Source: Planctomycetota bacterium
GTDB lineage: Bacteria > Planctomycetota > UBA8108 > SXIK01
Reading direction: 5' to 3'
Length of the DNA stretch: 64,000 nucleotides
NCBI GenBank assembly: GCA_965223265.1
Contig: OZ244999.1
Span: forward strand, 3,456,001-3,520,000
Part shown: piece after piece, positions 46,849-57,750 of the stretch
Numbering within the stretch: the first letter of the stretch is position 1
How the letters are laid out: every line of letters starts with the position of its first letter
Program-made: the position numbers and the translations under genes
Notes under the pieces: model-generated
Database searches by the model: none
What the model was told of the DNA's origin: nothing
The model's input: the letters and a program-made list of their open reading frames with translations, nothing else

Positions 46849-48258
46849 CTATTCGCCGATCAACTCCTCAAGATCCTCACGGGAGACGGTGAACACGTCC
46901 ATGTCTTTGCTGAACGCGCCAAGGCTGACCAGGCACTCGGTGAAGAGCTCACGAGTGTGAAGCTCCAGCTCCTGCATGCCCATGTCGGTCATACACCGGA
47001 TGATGTCTTGTCCCTTGCGGACGTGCGTCTTCTCGTCAGCTCGAATAAAGTCGGCAATGTGAGCGAGCAGTGCATCGTCTCGCTTGCGTGCCTCATCGAT
47101 GAATCCGCCGATTGTCTTGAGCACTCCGACTTCGCCGAACAGGTTGATTTCGGCCATTGCGGGCGCCGGATCCATGGGGCCGCGGCACGTCGAGCCAGTT
47201 AGGCGATTCGGCAGTTCGAAGGGATCGTAGCCCATGGCCTGCAGAGTCTGGTGGCCGATTTCGGTGTGGCGAGCCTCGTCCCACGTGATGCGTGCCAAGT
47301 GATACTCCGCCATGAAGTCCTTGAAGCGGATATCCCATAGAAACGTACCGAAGGCTTCGATCGCATCGATCTCGTCGCGCTGCGTGCGGACAAAACGAAG
47401 GCGCGTGTTTTCGTAGCTCTCTTTGGGAAAGCGGGCTTCGCCATCGCCGACGTCGTAGTCGCCGGTGTTTTTGAATGTCTCGAATCGATCATCTCGGAGC
47501 GGCACGGTCCCACGTTCGAATGGCTGTTCCTTATGACGCAGGGGCGATGGGGTTTCGTTACGTGTCTCGGCGCCTGTGGCGCCACCGATGCTGCCGAGCA
47601 GGCGCTGAAGATGCCATCGCCAGCGGCTAAGGGGTGTTGGCTCGACACCTCCATCGACGTAAGCTTCGAGGGCGCTCTCAGCCCATTCGAGCATCGGTTC
47701 ATAGTCGAGTAAGACGCGCTTGAGCAAGCGGATCGTTGGCGCGTCCGTCATCGAATCGGTGTCATCGATGTGGTGCTGATACGCCACGCTGAGGCTCTTG
47801 CCGGCTACCTGATGCACACCGACCAACAACTCTGCTGCGTTCTCAGCGCTCAACAGCTCTTCGATGAAAGCATCGATGTCCGCATCGCGAAACGTATCGA
47901 TCTTTTTGGGAGACATCCCTTGTTCTGTCAGCCGTTCGCGCAAGTGGTAAGCCGCATCGGCATGAAAGAAGATGTGGCGACCAGTCTCTACCAAGACTTC
48001 AAACTCCGGAATCGACAAGGTCCACGCGCCGAGCGCTTGTGCCAAGCGTCGCTCGAAGTAGAAGAACCGTAAGATCCTGCGCGCGTTCTCCTCAACGCTG
48101 AACTGTCCGCCCAGGTGGCGGCGATCGTGTGGAAAACGAAACGGGAACTGCCGACGTCGCTCTTTGGCGAGACGACGTGCCGCCGGATAGGAGACGACGC
48201 GAAACTCACCGCTGCGTGCGGGTGAGTCCGGGACGCGCTCGCTGTGCGCTTCAGCCAT
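46849..48258 (-). CDS. Ferritin-like di-iron protein (DUF455-like) with an additional N-terminal helical domain
   Basis: DEIDAIE, WDEARH, DFIRADEKTHV: E/ExxH ligand pattern. Confidence 0.75.
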   Translation of the reverse strand: MAEAHSERVPDSPARSGEFRVVSYPAARRLAKERRRQFPFRFPHDRRHLGGQFSVEENARRILRFFYFERRLAQALGAWTLSIPEFEVLVETGRHIFFHADAAYHLRERLTEQGMSPKKIDTFRDADIDAFIEELLSAENAAELLVGVHQVAGKSLSVAYQHHIDDTDSMTDAPTIRLLKRVLLDYEPMLEWAESALEAYVDGGVEPTPLSRWRWHLQRLLGSIGGATGAETRNETPSPLRHKEQPFERGTVPLRDDRFETFKNTGDYDVGDGEARFPKESYENTRLRFVRTQRDEIDAIEAFGTFLWDIRFKDFMAEYHLARITWDEARHTEIGHQTLQAMGYDPFELPNRLTGSTCRGPMDPAPAMAEINLFGEVGVLKTIGGFIDEARKRDDALLAHIADFIRADEKTHVRKGQDIIRCMTDMGMQELELHTRELFTECLVSLGAFSKDMDVFTVSREDLEELIGE

Positions 48259-48372
48259 GATGTGCTATCTCTCCAGCAAGTTGGACGATGACGGAGCCGG
48301 ACGAATGATCCAGTGTAAGTGAGCGGCCATACGGGAGCAAGAATCGCAACCTGCCACGGCTTCGTTCAGGAT

Positions 48373-48421
48373 GGCGCACGGCGCCTTCGACAGCCGGTGG
48401 CGTTCGAAGGCGCCGTGCGCC
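48373..48421. terminator. Perfect 18-bp inverted repeat downstream of aceA (terminator or stabilising hairpin)
   Basis: GGCGCACGGCGCCTTCGA-N13-TCGAAGGCGCCGTGCGCC; no clear U-tract. Confidence 0.6.
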
Positions 48422-48450
48422 TGGTTGCAGAGGTAAGAGTGGGAGGGCCT

Positions 48451-49734
48451 CTACGGTGCTGAGAACTGCTCTTCTTCCGTCGAGCCGGTAAGCGCCGTCG
48501 TCGACGTTGATCCGCCACTTAGAGTCGTCAGAACGTCGTCAAAAAATCCGGTTCCGACCTCACGCTGGTGCTTTGTCGCCGTATAGCCGGCCTCCTCCAG
48601 TGAGAACTCCGCTTCCTGAAGTTCGACGTAGGCGGGCATGCCGACAGCGGCGTAGGAACGTGCCAGGCTGAACATGGATTTGTTGAGGGAATGGAAGCCG
48701 GCCAAAGTGATGAACTGGAATTTGTATCCTAGCGAACCAAGTTCATCCTGGAACTGCGCGATCGTGTCGTCGGAGAGGTGGCGGCGCCAGTTGAATGACG
48801 GTGAACAGTTGTATGCGAGCAACTTGCCAGGGAACTTCGCATGGATTGCCTGGGCGAACTCACGAGCCTCGCCGAGATCAGGCTTCGAAGTTTCGCACCA
48901 AATGACATCGGCAAACGGTGCGTAGGACAGCCCGCGTGCGATCGCCGACTCAAGTCCCGAATGAATGCGGAAGAAACCCTCAGGAGTGCGCTCGCCGGTG
49001 AGGAATTCCCGATCCCGGGCGTCGTGATCACTTGTGAGCAACTTAGCGGCCTGCGCGTCAGTTCGGGCGACGAGCAGTGTCGGTACGCCCAAAACGTCGG
49101 CAGCGAGTCGCGCCGCTGCGAGCGTACGGGTGAACTGCTGCGTTGGCACGAGCACCTTCCCGCCCAAGTGGCCACACTTCTTTTCCGACGAAAGCTGGTC
49201 TTCGAAGTGAACCGCGGCCGCGCCGGCCTCGATCATCGCCTTCATGAGTTCGTACGCATTGAGAGGGCCGCCGAAACCGGCCTCGGCGTCGGCAACGATG
49301 GGAACGAACCAATCGATATCGTGATTTCCTTCACCAAAATGGATCTGGTCAGCGCGCGTGAGTGCCTGATTGATGCGACGTACGTGCTGCGGCACACTGT
49401 TCGCCGGATAGAGACTCTGGTCAGGGTAGACGTGTCCAGAGAGGTTCGCGTCGGCAGCAACCTGCCAACCGCTGACGTAGATCGCTTTGAGGCCAGCCTT
49501 CACCATCTGGATGGCCTGGTTGCCGGTGACCGCGCCGAGCGCACGGACAAACGCCGTGTTGTGCATCGCATCCCAGAGTTTTGCAGCACCACGACTTGCC
49601 AATGTGTGCTCGACGTCAATCGAGCCACGAAGCCGGATGACGTCCTCCGGGGAATAGTGTCGTTCGATGCCCTTCCAACGTCCGTCGTTCTCCCATGATT
49701 GGCGAATTCGTTCTGTCCGTTCGTTGCTCGACAT
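48451..49734 (-). CDS. aceA: Isocitrate lyase
   Basis: [26 protein letters not shown] signature, [15 protein letters not shown]. Confidence 0.97.
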   Translation of the reverse strand: MSSNERTERIRQSWENDGRWKGIERHYSPEDVIRLRGSIDVEHTLASRGAAKLWDAMHNTAFVRALGAVTGNQAIQMVKAGLKAIYVSGWQVAADANLSGHVYPDQSLYPANSVPQHVRRINQALTRADQIHFGEGNHDIDWFVPIVADAEAGFGGPLNAYELMKAMIEAGAAAVHFEDQLSSEKKCGHLGGKVLVPTQQFTRTLAAARLAADVLGVPTLLVARTDAQAAKLLTSDHDARDREFLTGERTPEGFFRIHSGLESAIARGLSYAPFADVIWCETSKPDLGEAREFAQAIHAKFPGKLLAYNCSPSFNWRRHLSDDTIAQFQDELGSLGYKFQFITLAGFHSLNKSMFSLARSYAAVGMPAYVELQEAEFSLEEAGYTATKHQREVGTGFFDDVLTTLSGGSTSTTALTGSTEEEQFSAP

Positions 49735-51354
49735 TTAGACCTCCGACGGTTGAGTGTTCGACGGGAATTCAGTGGTGATTTGTTCGTAGGCAGGTAGCGT
49801 GAGGAAATCGGCGAAGTCTCCGCCAGTGATCAAGCGACGGACGAGATCGGACGCGTCAGCAAGATTCGAACTGTCAACGGTCGTGCTGAGAGCGTTCACC
49901 TCCTCGTCGAGCCACGCAAGGCAAAGCTCTCGATTGATCTCGCGTCCGTCTTCGAGGTGAATGCCAGCGTGTCGAATCCACTGCCACACCTGGGCTCGTG
50001 AGATTTCGGCCGTCGCTGCGTCCTCCATCAGATGGTTGATTGCGGCACAGCCAACTCCGTCGAGCCAAGCCGCCGTGTACTGCACCGCAACGCGCAGGTT
50101 AGTTCGCAGTCCTTTCTCCGTGATCGGTCCAGACGGAACTTCGAGAAGATCTGCGGTGCCTACCGTGACGTCGTCGAGGGTGATATGCAGTTGGTGCACC
50201 GATTCCATGTGCCGGTCGAAAATCTCGCGCGCCACGGGGACCAGCCCCGGATGAGCGACCCATGTCCCGTCGTGACCGTCTTGTACTTCACGAAGTTTGT
50301 CGTTTCGGACCTTGTTCATCGCTGCCTCATTGGCTGAGGCGTCGTTCTTGATCGGGATCTGTGCGGCCATCCCGCCGATCGCGTGGGCGCCACGTCGATG
50401 GCACGTCTTGATCAGGAGGCGGGAATAGCTGCGAAGAAAGTGAGTCTCCATGGTCACCGCAGCGCGGTCTGGCAAGACGAACATGCGGTCGTGACGGAAT
50501 TTCTTGATGACGCTGAAAATGTAGTCCCAGCGACCGCAGTTGAGCCCGGCGGAGTGGTTTCGCAGCTCGAAGAGAATCTCGTCCATCTCGAATGCAGCCG
50601 TGATCGTCTCGATGAGCACGGTCGCCTTGATGGTGCCGAGGGGAATGTTGAGGAGTCTCTGGGCCTCGACAAAGATGTCATTCCAAAGCCGAGCCTCTAA
50701 GTGACTCTCCAGTTTTGGGAGATAGAAGTAGGGCCCTGTCCCGTTCGCGATCAGATTGTGAGCGTTATGAAAGAAGAACAGGCCGAAATCGAAGAGCGAG
50801 GCGGAGCAGCGGGCCCCGTCGATCAAGACGTGGTTTTCCTCCAAATGGAAGCCTCGTGGACGGACGACGAGCGTCGCCGTCTCGGGCGCCAAGACGTACT
50901 GCTTGCCGTTTGCGTTCTCGAAGGAGATGGTGCCGCGGACCGCGTCTCGGAGATTCACCTGGCCGGCAACGACGTTGTCCCACGTCGGGGACGTCGAGTC
51001 CTCAAAGTCCGCCATGAAGACGTTGGCGCCGGAATTCAGGGCATTAATCACCATCTTCCGGTCGACAGGCCCGGTGATTTCGACGCGGCGGTCGTGAAGA
51101 TCTCCAGGAACGGGGTCGATGCGCCACTCAGCATTTCGAACGTGTTCGGTCGACGCGAGAAAGTCCGGTCGTTCACCGGCGTCGAAGGCGTCCTGCCGCG
51201 CGGCGCGATCCGCAAGTAGCTCATGTCGCCGGCCGCGAAATCGTCGCTCTAAATCGACAAGGAAAGAGATCGCCTGCGGGGTGAGGATCTCTTCGCTGAG
51301 CTTCACCGAGCTTGGCGCGATCATTACGCGTTGGTTGGAAAACTCGTGATTCAT
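49735..51354 (-). CDS. aceB: Malate synthase A
   Basis: [53 protein letters not shown]. Confidence 0.97.
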   Translation of the reverse strand: MNHEFSNQRVMIAPSSVKLSEEILTPQAISFLVDLERRFRGRRHELLADRAARQDAFDAGERPDFLASTEHVRNAEWRIDPVPGDLHDRRVEITGPVDRKMVINALNSGANVFMADFEDSTSPTWDNVVAGQVNLRDAVRGTISFENANGKQYVLAPETATLVVRPRGFHLEENHVLIDGARCSASLFDFGLFFFHNAHNLIANGTGPYFYLPKLESHLEARLWNDIFVEAQRLLNIPLGTIKATVLIETITAAFEMDEILFELRNHSAGLNCGRWDYIFSVIKKFRHDRMFVLPDRAAVTMETHFLRSYSRLLIKTCHRRGAHAIGGMAAQIPIKNDASANEAAMNKVRNDKLREVQDGHDGTWVAHPGLVPVAREIFDRHMESVHQLHITLDDVTVGTADLLEVPSGPITEKGLRTNLRVAVQYTAAWLDGVGCAAINHLMEDAATAEISRAQVWQWIRHAGIHLEDGREINRELCLAWLDEEVNALSTTVDSSNLADASDLVRRLITGGDFADFLTLPAYEQITTEFPSNTQPSEV

Positions 51355-51819
51355 GGTGCCTCGCTGGTACGCGTCTTCGGCCGTGCAGCGAGGAGGATCA
51401 CTCGAGCTCGGTCGAATGCAGTGGCGAAAGAGGTTTGTAAGACATCAGAGGCAACTTCGGTGCCGGTCAGCTCCATCTGTGTACAAGGGGCGGAGATCAC
51501 GACACTTATTCGAACGATGCGACGACCACGAAGTGTCCAAATTCGCGACATATCGACCGCTCGCGCGCCCAACGCGGAAAGACTTCTTCACACCGCAGAT
51601 GTTGGCGATCGATAGACACCAGCAAAGCCGTGCTTCTGCATCTGGAGTTCGACGGCCCGGTGAGCTAAGATCTGTCCCGTGTCTGAAAGTCACGCGACAG
51701 CGTGATCGAGGTTGAAAGGAAAATAGACAGCTGCGACAGTCCGCGCCAAGGCGGGAACGTCGAATGTCGCTTGTCTGATCCACACTCCAGCGTACAAGTT
51801 GCTGTACACGAGGTATCCC

Positions 51820-54800
51820 ATGCGACTCCACGTTGTGTTCGCCGCGGCGATTTCTTGTCTCATATTGACGTTTTTCGGTTGTAGTGGCGGTGGTGGCGGC
51901 GGCGGGGGGAACAGTGTCGTCGCTGTGCCTCGGGCCGGGCTCGTGAAGGTCGAGGAGCTGACAGCGCCTGACATCGAGATCGCAGCGGGGTCCGATTTGA
52001 TTGTCGCGGGCACCGGGATGGTGACGCAGCCCGCCACTCTGAGCATCTCGATCCCCCAGAACGTTGAAGTGAAGCAAGCCCTTCTCTACTGGCAAGGGCG
52101 CGGTCAGTCTGTAGGCGCTGACACCATCGTCGTCGATGGCCAAGAGATTCAGGGTGAGTTGATCGGGGAAACGGACCCTGCTCTGGACCCACCAAGCCTC
52201 GCCTTTCGTGCTGACGTGACGTCCTTAGGGCTTGTGAGCTCAGGCAGCAACGAGCTGACGCTTGAAGGCGTCGATTTCACCCTGAGAACCGACGGTGCGG
52301 CGCTCTTGGTGATTGTCGACGACGGCGTTGGTACAGCGGACATTCAGATCCGCGACGGCATGGACTTCGCCTTCATTCGCGCTCCAGGCGCGGCCAACGT
52401 GACGACGCCGCAAGAATTCATTCTCCCGGGCGTTGAAGACGATCGCAGCGCAGAGATCATTGTCATCATCGGCGACGGAACCCCTGATCGGCCGGACGAA
52501 CTTGAGCTCACACTCAATCAGTCCACGACCGTCCTGTGCAACGAAGCGCGCGGGCGTGAGGGTGCGGAGCTCGACATCATCCGTATCCCGGTTGAGCTGG
52601 GGGCGTCTCCCACGACCGCGACGCTCGAGCTCTTTTCGCGTGAATGCGGCGGGGGTGTCCCCGCGGGCCTACCTGACTCCATCAGTTGGTTCGTCGGCGC
52701 GGTCATCATACCGCCACCGCCCGTGCCTCCGAGCGTCGTAGGTGACACGGTCTTCTGCGATGCCAACAACAACGGTTCGCAGGAGGAGAGCGAAGAAGGA
52801 ATCGCTGGCGTCACCGTGGAACTTCGCTGCGCCGGCGAAGACCAGACGATCGGAACGGAGGATGACCTGGTCGCGACGCAGGTGACGGATGCAAGCGGCA
52901 AGTATCTCTTCGAGAACGTTCCTCCTGGACTGTGCGAGGTCATCGCTGACGCCTCGACGGCCCCTGGCAACAAAGTCCCCGGGGACAACTGCCCCGACTC
53001 TTTCGGCATCTCGCTCGCCGCCGGAGAGAGTTTTCTCGACGCCGACTTTTGCTTCAAGTTCCGCCCAGGTGAGGTCGGTGACACCGTCTACTGCGATCTG
53101 AACGACAGCGGTACGCAAGAGGACGGCGAGCCAGGCGTTCCTGGTGTCGAAGTCGAGCTCGTCTGTGCTCTCGCTGACGGCGGACAGTTCACCGATTCAA
53201 CGACGACGGACGCCAGTGGTCTTTACCTCTTTTCGGAGGTGCCGCCGGCGGAGTGCGAGGTCTCCATCGACCCGAACGCCGTACCGGATAAGGAGCTTGG
53301 TCGCTGTCCCGCGAGTTTCCGCGTCACTGTCGAGCCAGGCGGCCGCGTCCTCGACGCCGACTTCTGCTTGCGTCAAGTCAACGCTTCGGTCGGTGATCTC
53401 GTCTACTGTGACGTCAACAACAACGGCGCCCATGATGAAGATGAGCCTGGCATCGAAGGCGTCGAAGTGATGATCGCGTGCGCGGGGACGGACGGGACTC
53501 TCGGCACTGATGACGATTTCATGGCGACGACAACGACGGCAGCCGACGGGAGCTACCTCTTCGAGGACGTTCCGCCGGGTGTTTGTCAGGTCTCGGTTCC
53601 GAGTCGCAATCCCCCGGATGGGAAGGTCGTGGGCGAGTGCCCGACTGAGATCACGGTCCAGCTGAAGCCGCTCCAAGCCGAGCGCGGTGTCGACTTCTGC
53701 TACGCCAATCCGAGTCCCGGAGAGATCGGTGATCTGGTCTTCTGCGACAAGAACGGCGATGGGGCACTCGACCCGGGTGAGCCTGGCATCGGTGGAGTCA
53801 CCATCAATCTGCGCTGCGCCGGCGAGGACGGTGCGCTGGACACGGAAGACGATCTCGTCGCATCAACGGAGACTGACGGCGAAGGTAAGTATCTGTTCGC
53901 GGATCTTGATGCCGATCTTTGCGTCGTCACAGTCGACGTGGAGACTGCGCCCGAGGAGAAGACTCTCGGAGCATGCCCAACGCAGCATGAAGTTGAGCTC
54001 ACTGCCGGTGGTTCGATTCTCGACGCAGACTTCTGTTTCGAGAATCAAGACGGTGAAATCGGTGACACTGTTTTCTGCGACCTCAACAATAACGGCACGC
54101 AGGAGGAGGGCGAACCTGGCATCGCGGGCGTTCGCGTCGACCTGAAGTGCGTGGGAGCCGATGGCTCTGAATTGTCTGATTCCATCGAGACCGACGAAAG
54201 TGGGCAGTACTTGTTCACGGATCTACCGGCCCTCAGCGAGTGCGTGGTAGCGGTCGACATCGAGTCTCCCGCTCTCGAAGGCAAGAGCCCTGGCGAGTGC
54301 CCGACGACGCACGAAGTCGTCTTGCAGCCCGCTCAGTCCTATCTCGTGGCAGATTTTTGCTTTGTCTCGCCGGGAAGCATCGGCGATACGGTCTTCTGCG
54401 ATGACAACGACGATGGGGTTCAAGACGAAGGTGAAGCCGGCATTGCCGGAGTGACTGTCCGCCTCACATGCAGTGGCGCTGACGGGATCATCGGCAGCGA
54501 AGATGATGTCGAGCGGTCGACGACGACTGACGAAGACGGTAAGTACCTCTTCGACGGTCTAGAAGCCGATCTCTGCGACGTCGATGTCGACGCAACGACC
54601 GTTGACGGAAAAACTCCGGGCCGGTGTTCAACGACCTTCATGGTCGACCTGGAACCAGGCCAGTCGTTCCTCGACGCCGACTTCTGCTTCGTTGCCAAGG
54701 AGCTCGCCGGCTGCACGCCTGGGTTCTGGAAGCAAGAACACCACTTCCCGGCGTGGCGCGATCCGTACACCCCGGACACACTCTTCTCTGACGTCTTCGA

Positions 54801-55053
54801 CGACGCGTTCCCCGGCATGACCTTGCTCGAGGTCCTTCGACAAGGTGGCGGCGGACTGATCGCTCTTGGGCGTCACACCGTGGCGGCACTCCTCAACGGC
54901 GCCAACGAAGATGTCAACTACGGCATCAGTGACGCGGATGTCATTGAGCTGTTCAACGATGTCTACCCCGGTGAGAAGGCGGACTACGAAGCCCTCAAAA
55001 ACGATCTCGTGAGCCGCAACGAGCGCGGCTGCACGACGAACGGGAAGCAGTAG
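51820..55053 (+). CDS. Surface lipoprotein with six Cys-rich SdrD-B-like repeats
   Basis: Lipobox-like FFG-C followed by poly-Gly; six GDxVxCDxxxxG...GxYLF...DFC repeats (about 52735-54690); C-terminal GCTPGFWK domain. Confidence 0.88.
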   Translation: MRLHVVFAAAISCLILTFFGCSGGGGGGGGNSVVAVPRAGLVKVEELTAPDIEIAAGSDLIVAGTGMVTQPATLSISIPQNVEVKQALLYWQGRGQSVGADTIVVDGQEIQGELIGETDPALDPPSLAFRADVTSLGLVSSGSNELTLEGVDFTLRTDGAALLVIVDDGVGTADIQIRDGMDFAFIRAPGAANVTTPQEFILPGVEDDRSAEIIVIIGDGTPDRPDELELTLNQSTTVLCNEARGREGAELDIIRIPVELGASPTTATLELFSRECGGGVPAGLPDSISWFVGAVIIPPPPVPPSVVGDTVFCDANNNGSQEESEEGIAGVTVELRCAGEDQTIGTEDDLVATQVTDASGKYLFENVPPGLCEVIADASTAPGNKVPGDNCPDSFGISLAAGESFLDADFCFKFRPGEVGDTVYCDLNDSGTQEDGEPGVPGVEVELVCALADGGQFTDSTTTDASGLYLFSEVPPAECEVSIDPNAVPDKELGRCPASFRVTVEPGGRVLDADFCLRQVNASVGDLVYCDVNNNGAHDEDEPGIEGVEVMIACAGTDGTLGTDDDFMATTTTAADGSYLFEDVPPGVCQVSVPSRNPPDGKVVGECPTEITVQLKPLQAERGVDFCYANPSPGEIGDLVFCDKNGDGALDPGEPGIGGVTINLRCAGEDGALDTEDDLVASTETDGEGKYLFADLDADLCVVTVDVETAPEEKTLGACPTQHEVELTAGGSILDADFCFENQDGEIGDTVFCDLNNNGTQEEGEPGIAGVRVDLKCVGADGSELSDSIETDESGQYLFTDLPALSECVVAVDIESPALEGKSPGECPTTHEVVLQPAQSYLVADFCFVSPGSIGDTVFCDDNDDGVQDEGEAGIAGVTVRLTCSGADGIIGSEDDVERSTTTDEDGKYLFDGLEADLCDVDVDATTVDGKTPGRCSTTFMVDLEPGQSFLDADFCFVAKELAGCTPGFWKQEHHFPAWRDPYTPDTLFSDVFDDAFPGMTLLEVLRQGGGGLIALGRHTVAALLNGANEDVNYGISDADVIELFNDVYPGEKADYEALKNDLVSRNERGCTTNGKQ

Positions 55054-55072
55054 GCGTCTCAGTCGATCTGTA

Positions 55073-55123
55073 GGGCGGCTGCACGGCCTCGTGCGCTTCG
55101 CACGTAGGGCCGCGCAGCCGTCC
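55073..55123. terminator. GC-rich hairpin after the repeat lipoprotein gene
   Basis: GGGCGGCTGC..GGCC.CGTGCG-CTT-CGCACG..GGCC.CGCAGCCGTCC imperfect stem, 20 nt after the stop. Confidence 0.5.
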
Positions 55124-55449
55124 ATTCGTCGTCTGGCCAAGACCTAGAGCGTGCAGACCTGCCGGATGCCCTCCCTCCTCCTTTGACCAGCCCAGCGTTG
55201 TTCGCTTTTCGGCGGGGTCGCGTTAGTTGACGCGCTGATACTCACCGCCGTTGTGCTGAGCAAGGTCTTGGAGAAATCGCTCACCGCGACCGGTTTGAAC
55301 GTTGACGCCAACGGTAAAGATTCGGACTCGATTCTGATTCGCTTCAGTGATCTGCTCTACGAGTGTCGACTCGTCGAAGCAAAGGGTCGTCGGTGCCTTA
55401 GAAGGGAATCACCTGCGTGGTTCGAAGCGCTGAGTCGAGCGCAGGTTAG

Positions 55450-55628
55450 CAGCCCGTTGAAAAAGTGCTTCGAGTTAAAAACTGGTCGCTTCGCGTCCAG
55501 ATCGGCCGCGGCGAACGCAGGTAATCTCCGAGCCCTCTTCTATAAGATATACACGGCGAGGCTCGCCGCGGCTGATCTGGGCGTGAAGAGGCCGGTTTCT
55601 CAGCCGAATGACTTTTTCAGGCGGGCTG
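55450..55628 (+). mobile_element. MITE copy 3 (long class, 179 bp)
   Basis: CAGCCCGTTGAAAAAG ... CTTTTTCAGGCGGGCTG; GTTAG direct repeat at 55445-55449 and 55629-55633. Confidence 0.88.
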
Positions 55629-55629
55629 G

Positions 55630-56706
55630 TTAGGCCAGAAACTCAAGCCGCTTCTCCAGCGGCGCCTCATCGCTCGTCTCGGGCACGTAGCCGCCTTCGG
55701 CTCGCTTGAGGAGCCACCAGATATGATTGCCAAGGAGGTCGATTTCGGTGGAGGCGAACTGCTCTCCGCCGAAGCGCTCGATGCAGTCGGTCTGCGCCGT
55801 GAGGATGTCCGCGTCTTGCCTGAGGATCTTGCGCGCCATGGGTGCGAGGAGCGGACGTACGACTGCACTTGGCAGGCGCACGCGAAAACTGACCACTGAA
55901 TGAAGGCGCGTTTGAAAATCTGTCACGGGAGTCATGAGAGCGTTAACGACGATGTGATTCTCGGGTCCGAGACGATACTCGACCTGCGCCATGGAAGGCA
56001 GAATGAAGCGATCCCAATGCTCGACGACACCCCCGCTCGGCGACAGGACCTTACCCGCAATCCCTGGAGGACGCGGTTCGCCTTCAAATTGCGCCTCGCA
56101 CCGATCGTGCCAGCGGCGCACCGTGACACGGATCGCATTTTGCTTTCCGCCGCGGAAAAACCCCTTATGGAGAAACGCAGTGTGGGGCACGTCGAGGGTG
56201 TTTTCAATCGCTGCGTGCAGCGAAGCGCGGAGATCGAAGCGCTGAACGAACGTTGTGTATCCGGGGGCGCTTCGCAGCGGTAGGGACGGCGGTTCGAGAC
56301 GCGGTGGAGTGCTCGGGTCGGCGTAGATCCACACGAGTCCGTCTTGCTCGCAGGTTGGGAAAGCAGTGACCCGCGCCGCTTTCGCAGGCAGCTCGCCCTG
56401 CAACCCGGGGACGGCCGTGCAATCACCGTTGCCGGCGAACCGCCATCCGTGATAGCAACACTCCAGGCAGCCGTCGACGACGCGCCCCGACGAGAGCGGG
56501 ACGTTGCGGTGCGGGCAGCGATCGAGCACGGTGGACGCGTTGCCGTCAGCATCTCGGAAAAGCGCGACTGGCGTTCCGAGCACGACGCGTTCGATGGGGC
56601 GCTGGCGCAGCTCCTTCGATTGGCAGGCGACATACCAGTAGCGCGGCAACTTGGCAACGGAGAGGTGTCCTTTGGTAGGTGGTGGGCTGAGTCGGTTTTG
56701 GTCCAT
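55630..56706 (-). CDS. Rieske non-heme iron oxygenase alpha subunit (VanA-like)
   Basis: CPHR...CCYHGW Rieske site; ENTLDVPHTAFLH and QD mononuclear iron site; start uncertain. Confidence 0.9.
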   Translation of the reverse strand: MDQNRLSPPPTKGHLSVAKLPRYWYVACQSKELRQRPIERVVLGTPVALFRDADGNASTVLDRCPHRNVPLSSGRVVDGCLECCYHGWRFAGNGDCTAVPGLQGELPAKAARVTAFPTCEQDGLVWIYADPSTPPRLEPPSLPLRSAPGYTTFVQRFDLRASLHAAIENTLDVPHTAFLHKGFFRGGKQNAIRVTVRRWHDRCEAQFEGEPRPPGIAGKVLSPSGGVVEHWDRFILPSMAQVEYRLGPENHIVVNALMTPVTDFQTRLHSVVSFRVRLPSAVVRPLLAPMARKILRQDADILTAQTDCIERFGGEQFASTEIDLLGNHIWWLLKRAEGGYVPETSDEAPLEKRLEFLA

Positions 56707-56719
56707 CGTTCGTCGAGCC

Positions 56720-57577
56720 TCAACCGCCATCGTCCGCGGCGGTCGACAGCCTCCAGTGTCCAAGATGTGAAAGAACCGCTTTTGAGATGTCTCGCGCCTT
56801 CGGCCCCCAAGTGTCCTTGCGCTGCCCGCGAATCAGCGTCGCGAAGACGAACTCGCGGTCGACCGTCTTGAGGTGGCCGACGAACCAGCCGAGGCGCTGA
56901 CCTTCGCCGCTGACACCGCTACCGGTCTTGCCGCTCAGCACAGCTCCGTTCTCCTTGTCGACGACGAGGATGCGCTTGACGGTTTCGGCGACCTCGGGGG
57001 CGAACGGCAGCTGATCGCGATAGAGCCGCGCAAGAAATGCGACTTGTTCGTCGGGGGAGATCCGGAGGGAGCTCATCAGCCAGAACTTGTCGACTCCGCC
57101 GGTGATGTCGCGATTACCGTAGTCGATCTTGTGCAGTTGCCGCTGCATTTCCTCCGCGCCGATGCGTCCGGCCACGCGCTGGAAATACCAAACGCAGGAG
57201 GCGCGCACCGCGGAGCCCAGTGTGTGGTCTCGTTCCCACGCCGGCACTATCTGCTGAGTACCGTCCCACGTCAGGGTTGTGGTCTCGTCCGCCAAGACTC
57301 CGGTCTGGAGGGCAATCAGCGCGTGCGGAATCTTGAAGGTCGAGCACGGCGGGTAACGATCGTCGCAATGTGGCGCGTTGAAGTACAGTCGTCTTTCCGT
57401 TCGAAGATCGAGGAGGACAAAGCAGCTGTCGAAGCCGTCAAAGTGTGGGCTGAGCTCGAACGCTTCTCGTGCGGCGTCGCCGCCGTCCGTGCAGCACCCG
57501 GTCGGCAGCAGCGCTGCGGCCGCGATCGGCAACCAGCGAAGCGTGTCCAGGAGCCGGTACGATCTCTTCTCTTCCAT
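56720..57577 (-). CDS. Class D beta-lactamase-like (OXA/YbxI/BlaR sensor fold) probable lipoprotein
   Basis: PCSTFKI, SCVW, YGN, FWL, KTG; LPTG-C lipobox-like site. Confidence 0.85.
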   Translation of the reverse strand: MEEKRSYRLLDTLRWLPIAAAALLPTGCCTDGGDAAREAFELSPHFDGFDSCFVLLDLRTERRLYFNAPHCDDRYPPCSTFKIPHALIALQTGVLADETTTLTWDGTQQIVPAWERDHTLGSAVRASCVWYFQRVAGRIGAEEMQRQLHKIDYGNRDITGGVDKFWLMSSLRISPDEQVAFLARLYRDQLPFAPEVAETVKRILVVDKENGAVLSGKTGSGVSGEGQRLGWFVGHLKTVDREFVFATLIRGQRKDTWGPKARDISKAVLSHLGHWRLSTAADDGG

Positions 57578-57750
57578 GGCGACCATTGTACGGAAACCGC
57601 AAGATCCGCAAACGAATCTCTGCTCGTTTCAGTCGCGACCCACGGATACGTCAATGCGCGTGGCACGGCGAGTCAACCCCGTGACCTTTTGGCACCTAGA
57701 GGTTACGCTGTTGCCGCTACAACTCGAAGTGTCATGGAGGAAGACTGACT

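Noticed and set aside
55253-55633. 126-aa ORF and other short ORFs overlapping the MITE copies
   Set aside because: They are translations running through the non-coding repeat.
1115-57577. Three beta-lactamase folds (MBL, class C-like, class D-like) as a resistance island
   Set aside because: They are scattered over 56 kb, not linked to mobile elements, and the first two belong to broad hydrolase families.
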